Shown here one piece after another: positions 55,591 through 64,000 of a DNA stretch of 64,000 nt. The notes beneath the pieces are model-generated. The model had not been told where the DNA came from, did not search any database, and worked only from the letters and a program-made list of their open reading frames with translations. The stretch is from Flaccisagitta enflata. Its lineage: Eukaryota. Within the stretch, counting starts at the first letter, position 1; every line of letters starts with the position of its first letter. Location: assembly GCA_965153355.1 (NCBI GenBank), contig OZ231126.1, positions 5,766,001 through 5,830,000 of the forward strand. Reading direction: 5' to 3'. Both the position numbers and the translations under genes were made by a program.

Positions 55591-56011
55591 GGGTTTCGAG
55601 AGACTATTTTTCTTGCTCATACATATAACTCTTTGTGACAAACAAGTAACCAATGAAATTGTGTTTCACCAACGGACCAGCTATATGCTCTGATTGAGGA
55701 TAGAGTTAAGTGCCTGTTTGAAACAAGCAATTCTGATTCATCTTTCCCTTAGTGCCCAGTTACCAGCTTCTCCGCCGAAGAAAGAAAGATTAGCACCTTT
55801 TGAGAAACTTTTTTCCCGCAGGGTTCAACTTGGCATCTTTCCCAGCTACCCCTTTTCACACAACTTTCCAGTTTCCACATCCACCCACTCCATCCATTCC
55901 ACACGCCATCCCCCCAACACCCCATCTATTTAAGCTCCCCTCACTCACACACCCCTCCCCTTCCTCACTCCCTACCCTTTCCCAAAACAATTTCCATTTC
56001 CTGTGCCACTA

Positions 56012-56801
56012 CACTTTTTTCATTTTATAAGCACGCACTTTTTTTCGGCTGAGGCTGAGCGTGCTTAGCAAAATCTCACTTTTGAGGCTAAAATATGCTT
56101 AAATGTGTGCTTATCATTTATTGCTAAGTAATTATCCTATTAAGTATAGAACAAAGTACATAATATGGTATAGAAAACAGCTTAGTATAGAATAGAGTAT
56201 TGTAAGGTATAGAATAAGGTATCTTGTATGAAAAATATACAGTATCTTTCACTGACATAAAAACCATGGGATAAGACTATATCTTGATTTTAAATAAATT
56301 GTTTTAAGATTTTAAATGTTATTTTAAATTTACATTTTAAATGTTATATTGAATGTTATATTATGATATATTATTCTTTTTTGGTGCTTCTTTACATTAT
56401 GTTACCATGATAAATTCTTTTTAACAATATTATCTAAGCATTATAATTTTTAAATATTATTAGAAAATCAATTATTTCTATTAGTTTCAAAATCTTGAAG
56501 GTTCAGCTTGATCATAGCAAATAAAACATTTTCTCTACACTGAACTTTGAGATTCAAGACTGATTCAAGACAGATTGAAATTATTCTTAATTTTAAGTTT
56601 TTACTTTCAAAATTTCCAGTGGTTTTTATGAATTTCCAACAAAGAAAGTCCAAAAATTGATACATTTTCGAAAATTTGCCAAAATTTTTTTTTCAAATTG
56701 AAAATCTCAGCCTGGAGCGTGCTTAGCACTGTGCTTAAATTTTCCCAATATCTCAGGCTGGGCGTGCTTATAAACGTGGTGCTTATAAAATGAAAAAAGT
56801 G
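56012..56801. mobile_element. TA-flanked MITE
   Basis: TA|CACTTTTTTCATTTTATAAGCAC ... GTGCTTATAAAATGAAAAAAGTG|TA. A similar-style element lies at ~30265-30595. Confidence 0.85.
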
Positions 56802-58987
56802 TAATCAAGAAACCTAGTTGTTCATTTGTGCTGTCGAAAAATAGATCGACTTGGTCAGTCTGTTAGCCCAACTATGATCTTTAAACCCGAATTTGATAAT
56901 TTGATAATTTGAGTTTTCCCTTCACCGCCATAATTACGAACACTCAGCGGCCTGTCCTTCCTCATTTCTCGCAAAAAGTTAATTAGAATCATTTACCTTC
57001 TTTCGACACCTGACCCTTGGTCCTTGGCCCTCGCCCTTTGGCTATCGCATTCCAGCAGACATTAATTTTGCTTCTCTGGCTCTCGTTCGTTGCTTAATCT
57101 TGAGCCTCGCGGTCCATTATCTGCTTTAGTCTTTTCTTTGAGCCTAAAAAAAACTACTTCTTTCCTTATTTTCAACTGTTTGTATCCTCACGTCCTTCAT
57201 TCCTGTCCCTCATTCACAAATTACAGCCTTGTTCCCTATATTCATCATGGAACTTCCCCATCCAAACACTCGCGCTTTCTCGAATTTCATCTTCAACCCC
57301 CGTCTTTTCCCAGCACCAGCGCCGGCACTCTCATGTTCCATCCTCATCCCTTGTTTTCCTATCTTTTTTTTCAGTCCACATTTAAAACATTCTTTTTTTC
57401 CCTAATAACAAGTTATCCAAGCACCTGCACTCCCTCTTTCTTTCTTTCCCCACCACTTAGTCTTTTTTTTCTTGGAGCTTCTTTTTTCCCCAATAACGAC
57501 ACATGTTTCATGTTTTCTCCTCCGTCTGAAATTACGACAGCCATAAATTTTCACTCAAGATTCAGAATAAATGTTGCCGTCGCCCAATGGTCACGCGTTC
57601 TTTATGGACGGACAGACGGACTTTAAAAATGAGACCAAAGAACATTTGGTGAAAACCGGCCTTTTTGGGTAGTGAAAATAAAGATGACTCTTTTTGAATG
57701 AGCTAAGGAGAAAAAACGAGGGGGGGTATACTCTTCCCTCCCCCTTTCCCTTTGCAGCCTTTACTACTGATGCAATAATTTCGCAATATGGCTGAATGGC
57801 AAGACGACCATCTATGATGTGGCTAAGGGCGCTGGCTATTTTGGCTGCCCCTCTTATGTCTTTGTCTCTGTAGACAGGTCCATGGTAAATGACTAGCCGG
57901 CCAACTTTAAAAATCTAATGATGAACAAGCTGACCAAGTTTGAAAAAGTTTAGTGAGGAGCCAGATGGATGTTCAAAGGTCAAAGGTTCCCCAATATTAA
58001 GATCACAGTTTGTTAAAGCTCTAAGAACCAGCCAGCTGGAACCAATGGATCTGTCAGATGGACCTAGTCATAGAGAAACCAGTAATGCAAGGATACAAAA
58101 TTTTTCGCAGACGGGTGGGCAGCGGCATACAACCCCCCTTTCCACACCCCTCCCCCCCCCCACACACACACGGGCGGCATCTCACATGTGAGTTTACACA
58201 CTTTTCGACTAGTGCGTTTTGGCCCAGCGGACCAAAGGACGCCATTGATAGAAAACTCAGCAGGTCCTCCATTACCAAAATTTATAGATAAAGTAATTGA
58301 GTGGTTGACGTTACTCTGTAGATCCTAACGTATGCTCATTCGCTTTAAGTTTAGACTAGATCCACTCAAAAAACAAAAAATGGAAATCATAATATTATCA
58401 AAATAACTCTTAAAACCGAGTTGAGTCGTTAAACGTGAAAAGGAAGCCAAAAAAAGGTCCCCGTTGGTCCTGGTCGGACCGCATTTTTATTACATTACGA
58501 CCAATGACCCGGTTTGGGAAGTTTTTATGTTCGGAAAAAGGCGGCGGTGGGCCGATGAGATCGAGAGGGTAAGGGGAACGGGGGGAGAGGGTAAGGGGAA
58601 CGGGGGGAGGGGGGGGGTTGTGTCATAGGACTTCGTCGGGAGAATGAAAGGGAAGAGCAAGGGGAGAAACATGACGGGGAGGGGGCAAAATAGTACGATT
58701 GGATAAGAGGAGAGAGGAATTGATGGAGGAGAAATACTTGCAAGCGACAGATAATTGATAAGCAGAGAGCGTACCATTACACCCCGCTAAAGCGAATCCA
58801 AGAATAATGGACATCCACTTAAAATGATAATATGCTGTACCAGATCAAAGAATAACAGAAATCCGCCTGTAACAAATTGAATATTAGACTTCATCTTTTT
58901 TTTATTCTTACATTAACAAAAATTCTTCTGTAACAGCTCAAATTTGATGATCCCTTGACATCCGTTATAACGGGATTCAACTGATTT

Positions 58988-59383
58988 TTTAAGTCGCGTG
59001 CACGCGACTCTACACTCCGCTTTGTCCGTCCGTCCGTCGGTCGGTCGGTTGTTTTCTATTTTTGGACCTCACTTCACCTGCCTAAATAGTCTAGTGACCT
59101 GAATTATGGCCCCTGCCCACCCGCACGCGACTGAGGTAGCCATGTATCCGGCCCTGTTTTCTTTTGATAGCGATAATTAAAATCCACCTATAACACAACA
59201 AGGCCGGATACACGGCTACCCCAGTCGCGTGCGGGTGGGCAGGGGCCATATTTGAGGTCACTAGACCATTTGGGCAGGAGCAGTGACGTCACAGAATAAA
59301 AAAAAAAGTAAAGAGTGACCGACCAACCAACCGACGGACCGACGGACAAAGCGGGGTGTAGAATCGCGTGCACGCGACTAAAA
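58988..59383. mobile_element. Two tail-to-tail Helentron/DINE-1-like elements (AGTCGCGTGCACGCGACT family)
   Basis: Terminal palindrome, (GTCC)n, subterminal GCACGCGACT, GCCGTGTATCCGGC hairpin, CTTGTT end. Related copies near 27659, 28650, 31053, 35158, 36885, 42250, 60165. Confidence 0.8.
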
Positions 59384-59578
59384 ATTATGAGTCCCTTGAC
59401 TTTCATTATAAATAAATTTCGGAGTTCAACTGTATTAAAGAACGCAAGAGGCGGTGAGGGGAGAGAATATCGCGATTGGGGGTGTTTGAAATCAGTTGTT
59501 CCAAATGAAAGGAAGCGTGAAACGACTTGATGACCAAACAACATCCGCTTGTTTTTTACCGCTTTAAAACTAGGCTAA

Positions 59579-59684
<106 letters not shown>

Positions 59685-60632
59685 CTTTGACTCACAAGCG
59701 CAATAAAATTTTAATTTCATCGGGGCAAAGTTGTATTCATTAGTCCGGTAATTTTAGGCTCATGAATTAATTTTTTAGCGCGCTTGATATTCCAGTTGCG
59801 TGATGATCACCCGATCTACTTGCAAAATCAATCCGGACTGGACCTTGTCCTTGGCACCACGTTATCGATGCTTAAGATGTATAAAATTGATTGCTGTTGC
59901 TGTGCGTGGTGAATTTTCTAGTAGGTTGGTCTTTATGATTTAGCAAATGGAACACAAAGATTGCTGACAAACTTTTTTTGTAAGCGCAAATTGAGACTTA
60001 TTGTACTCCTACTGTTCTCCCCTGAACATTCGCCTCTATTAGAGACGGGGAAAAGATCGTTTTCAATGTCGCTTCCACTCTCATCAAACACATCATTTTA
60101 TCATTTCCACTATCCGTGGTAAAAGACACCAAGTTATCCACTATGTGGTAACAGCCACTTTGTTTTTAGTCGCTGGCTAAACGGCTCTATAGGAGGCTGT
60201 GTCCGTAGGTATGTGGGAAAATCCGTAACGCGGAATTTTGGAAGACGCGAAATCGGCTGAAATACTGATTCTAATCATAATGGCCCCTGCCCAGCCACGT
60301 TACAGCCCTGCTCACCTAAATACTGCTCCTACACACTCGCAGTAATGCCCCTGTACAGTGCACACTCGCATTACTGCCACTGCCCACCCGCCAGCGACTA
60401 CTTTTCCGGCCTTATTTTTTTCATCGACAGGGGGCCAATCTTAGTACATTATTAGGCGGACGCTGCCGAACAATAAATATTGTCCTCAACTTTTATCTTT
60501 ATGTCAGGGGCCTGAGCTTGGTTCAAAACCTGGCCGACGTTTCTCATAAATGTTCGTCCGACTGTGGACATAAAGTCCAACCAAATTCCATTGAAAGGTG
60601 ATCCATGTATACATTGCATAGTTGTATACTGT

Positions 60633-60810
60633 ACAGTTGAACCTCGCTCTAACGGACCCGCCACCAACAGAATTCCTGCTATAACAGATAAAAATTCAGG
60701 GTCTCTTCAAGTTCATTTCTTTTGTTTCCTTTATAAATAATACCAGAAGCCCGCCTATAACAGAAGAAAATAGTTAGTTCCCTGAAATCCATTACAGCGG
60801 GGTTCAACTG
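60633..60810. mobile_element. Short Tigger-like MITE
   Basis: TA|CAGTTGAACCTCGC ... GCGGGGTTCAACTG|TA. Relatives near 40292 and 63376. Confidence 0.8.
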
Positions 60811-60825
60811 TATTTACTTACTATA

Positions 60826-61687
60826 CACAGAGGGCCTTAACTGGGTGTCAGTTTAAAAAAAACCCCAATGGTAGTGACTTGTATGAGTAAGTACAATTTA
60901 TAGTGGAGAATTGATGTAAACCCTTAAAAAAAAATTTTCCTTGAAAATTTGGAAAAAATTTTGAAGACGATACTGATCTTTTGTTTTTATCAGGTTTTCC
61001 CGTTTGGGCGAAGCTTTAATTCGAGTAGATTCGGATTGAAATGTATTTAACACAGCTCTCACCTTGCCCTAATGCTAGCTCTGACCCTAACCCTAAAACC
61101 ACCCTCAACCCTAACCTTAACCCTAACCCCACCCCTAACCCTAAATAAAAACCCACATAGAAAGTCTGTAAAACAAAAGACATCACCGAATTTGAAAACA
61201 GTACCGAAAATTTTTGCAAAAATTGTTAAAAAGTATCAATTTTTGTATATATTTGCAAATAGATCTCAAGGATATATCAGTTTCAAAATTCTGACTCAAG
61301 ATTCACATCCCTGGTGAAATTTCCAATCATTTTATAGGTCACATTGTATACTTTTATGAAAAAATAAGATTTTCATTGTTCATGCCACCGTTACAAAGAA
61401 ATGAAAATCTTATCTTTTCAAGAAAGTATATAGTGTTACCTATCAAATGATTGGAAATTTCACCAGGAATGTGAATCTTGAGTCAGAATTCTTAAACTGA
61501 TATATCCTTGAGATCTATTTGCAAATACATACAAAAATTGATATTTTTTAACGATTTTTGCAAAAAATTTCAAGGGAAGTTTTTTTTAAGGGTTTATATC
61601 TATTCTCCACTATAAATTATACCTAGTCATACAAGTCACTACCATTGGGGATTTTTTTTAACTCATACCTAGTTAAGGCCCACTGTG
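60826..61687. mobile_element. Foldback MITE (TA TSD) hosting the second (CCCTAA)n element
   Basis: TA|CACAGAGGGCCTTAACT ... AGTTAAGGCCCACTGTG|TA. The arms are inverted to the centre near 61385. Confidence 0.88.
60951..61205. mobile_element. Small (CCCTAA)n-containing element, 8-bp TSD GAAAATTT
   Basis: Absent from the opposite arm of the host palindrome, which supplies the empty site. Confidence 0.88.
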
Positions 61688-61902
61688 TATATATGGTTTT
61701 GTGTGGTTGACGTGACGTTGATGCAAGTGTATGTGCCGGTCAGGCGTTAGAAAGCGTTTGCAGAACATACGTTTTTGCCTGCAAGTCTTTTTGTTTGGTA
61801 ATTCAAAGCTCCTGCAATTGTATAATAAATGGACCTGAATGGACACAAATACGAAAATCTGACGAAAAGATCTGTAAAAAAAACCTTATCTCTTAAACTT
61901 AG

Positions 61903-62194
61903 CAACGAGATCCCATCACATCTCGACCCGCCTTTTGGCGCAAATCCCGATGCCATCGTTGAACCTCATCACCCAACTCCATCAAAAGCCAACAACGACA
62001 ACATCAACAACATTAACATCAACAACATTAACATCAGCAACAACAACAACAACAGCAGCAACCGCCTCGTCGTCCATGGCAACTCGGGAGCGACCCCTGA
62101 GGCGGGGAGCGGCCCTTGTGAGCGGGATTTCAGACCCGCCGGACCACTTTCACCACAAATGATGCTGCCCGTCAATGATCTTTATATCAAAAGG
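61903..62194 (+). CDS. C-type lectin gene exon 3, NEIPSHLDPPFGANPD...QMMLPVNDLYIKR
   Basis: aacttag| acceptor (phase 2), AGG|GTAAGT donor (phase 0), open frame with an Asn-rich tract. Confidence 0.78.
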
Positions 62195-62419
62195 GTAAGT
62201 CTCGTTTCGTTGAGATAAAACCCGCGATCTTTCCATTACAAGACCGGTTACACGATCCCCCCCCCCCCCCCGCCGAGGCGCGGACGGTTGGGCAGGGACA
62301 AAAACTGCTCACAAAGCAAAGCTGAAACAAAGGGCGTGAACTAATTGTTGCTTCGAAAGAGATCAGCGATATGGTACACACGTATACATGCATCCTTACG
62401 TTGTCTGCTGGCTCTTATT

Positions 62420-62786
62420 CAGACAGGACCCAAATCAGAAGTGAGGAGGGACCCAAAGCTTTAGCAGCCCCCTACAGCTTTCATAACTCTAGCAATTTTT
62501 CTACTTCCAGTGGCGGTTAACATCTTAGGTGAATACAATTAATGCCCCTAGGGCAATTTTTCAATTTTCAAAGTTGAAGAAAACAATTGTTCAATTTTTT
62601 TAAAGTCTAGAGGGTGATTTTATAAAATCTCGGGATGTTCTAAACGTAAATGGAAATTCAAAAATCTTCGCAATGGCGCCAATTATATCCATCCAAGGGA
62701 GAAATGAGAGATTTGCTCTAACGATATAAGCTGTATGGGGCTGCAAAAACTTTGGGTCCCTCCTCACTTCTTATTTGGGTCGTCTG
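62420..62786. mobile_element. MITE with ~50-bp TIRs in lectin intron 3
   Basis: GACCCAAATCAGAAGTGAGGAGGGACCCAAAG / CTTTGGGTCCCTCCTCACTTCTTATTTGGGTC. Confidence 0.8.
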
Positions 62787-62901
62787 TATCAGAGCCAGCA
62801 GACAACGTAAGGATGCATGTAAACGTGTGTAACCAACAGACTGTAATCATGGTCGCAATTGATCATTTATCACATCCCATATCTCCCATATCCATGACTA
62901 G

Positions 62902-63057
62902 ACGGAGGTGGAGGCGGCTATTTGTCCTGACATGTACACGCGGCAACAACGACTTCGAGCTTGTTACAAGTTTGTGCCGATTCCGATGACTTGGGTACAG
63001 GCCCAAGAATATTGCTTCCAACACAAAGCCAATCTCGTTGCCATCGAATCCATGGAG
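62902..63057 (+). CDS. C-type lectin gene exon 4, TEVEAAICPDMYTRQQRLRACYKFVPIPMTWVQAQEYCFQHKANLVAIESME
   Basis: Classic CTLD N-terminal pattern CP...CYxF...TWxxAxxxC...LVxIxS. gactag| acceptor, GAG|GTAATA donor. Confidence 0.9.
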
Positions 63058-63676
63058 GTAATATCTGTCCTCTATATTGGAGGTATGGCTCTTGAAAAGT
63101 GGATGCATCTTGGGCATGGGCATGGGCAGGGGCAATCACGGGGAATCCATGAAAGTATGGCTCTTCCTAAATGGTTACTTTTAGGGCAGGGCAGGAGAAG
63201 GGGTAGAATAATCACGGGGAATCCATGAAGGTATGGCTCTTCCAAATATGGATGCTTTTTGGGCAGCAACCTCGAAGGGAAAATCACAGGGCAATCTGTG
63301 TCTCCGCATATTCGCCCCCCCCCCCTTGCCCCATCCTTAGGACTTTGTCTCGGAACCTTACGGAAAAGTTAGATACAGTTAAACTTCGCTTCAACGGACC
63401 CGCTACTAACGAATTCCGCCTGTAATAGTTTCTCATTCTTTCTCCCTTCAACCGGTTTTCAACCTCACTTTCAACTTCACTCACAAACTCGCAAACCGCT
63501 GATCATGTACCGCCTTTAGACTGCTACTTCAGATGTCACTATATCTCGTTCAGTTTGTATCTTTTAGCAAGATGGTAAAAGGAGAGGAGAAAGCCGTCCA
63601 CTGCCCCAGGTCACACTTTCCCCATATATATCAACAACAGTATTTTGTAAATAAATGTCCAATCCTTATTTATCAG

Positions 63677-63752
63677 GAGAACGAATATCTAAAGAGCGGC
63701 ATCATGATGCTAAATGACGATCTCAAGTCGATGCCATCTCACATATCACCAG
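63677..63752 (+). CDS. C-type lectin gene exon 5, ENEYLKSGIMMLNDDLKSMPSHISP; gene continues beyond the window
   Basis: ttatcag| acceptor, CAG|GTGAGT donor. Continues the CTLD helix (S-x-E-E-N-x-Y-L). Confidence 0.82.
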
Positions 63753-64000
63753 GTGAGTCCACGTTGGTAAAATTAAGAGCTTCTTCCTCTTCGGGGCCCT
63801 TCAATCGCAACCAACTTCTAACTCTCACTCCATTTATGTATGTTATTAATTGCCATGAACCGAGCTTTTTTTCTCGGAGCCCTTCTCATCCTCACCCAAC
63901 TTATGATACAAATTGCCACGAACTGAGCCTCCTACTCCTTGCCCTTGAGCCCCTTCTTACCAACTGTCTCTTCATTCTCATCCAGTTCCATCTCCTCAAA

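Overview
Eukaryotic (invertebrate animal-type) genomic DNA that is AT-rich, repeat-dense and full of spliceosomal introns; there are no prokaryotic operons, CRISPR arrays or RNA genes. Two spliced genes were assembled by hand with consistent intron phases. (1) A minus-strand GPC1/GPCAT-family glycerophosphocholine acyltransferase: 8 exons, 15877->9874, about 319 codons, with the C-terminal part not found in the window. (2) A plus-strand secreted protein with a long low-complexity N-terminus and the start of a C-type lectin domain: 5 exons, 51631->63752, continuing past the window end. The remainder is nested non-autonomous DNA transposons (hAT-like with 8-bp TSDs, Tc1/pogo-like with TA TSDs, long-TIR foldbacks, many Helentron/DINE-1-like elements), minisatellites and microsatellites. 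The most unusual signals are an 11-copy tandem array of a splice acceptor plus exon start inside GPCAT, an AT in place of GT at the last visible GPCAT donor, and a small 8-bp-TSD mobile family carrying (CCCTAA)n telomere-like repeats. I found no convincing novel multi-gene system. Coordinates were counted by eye and repeat boundaries are approximate.
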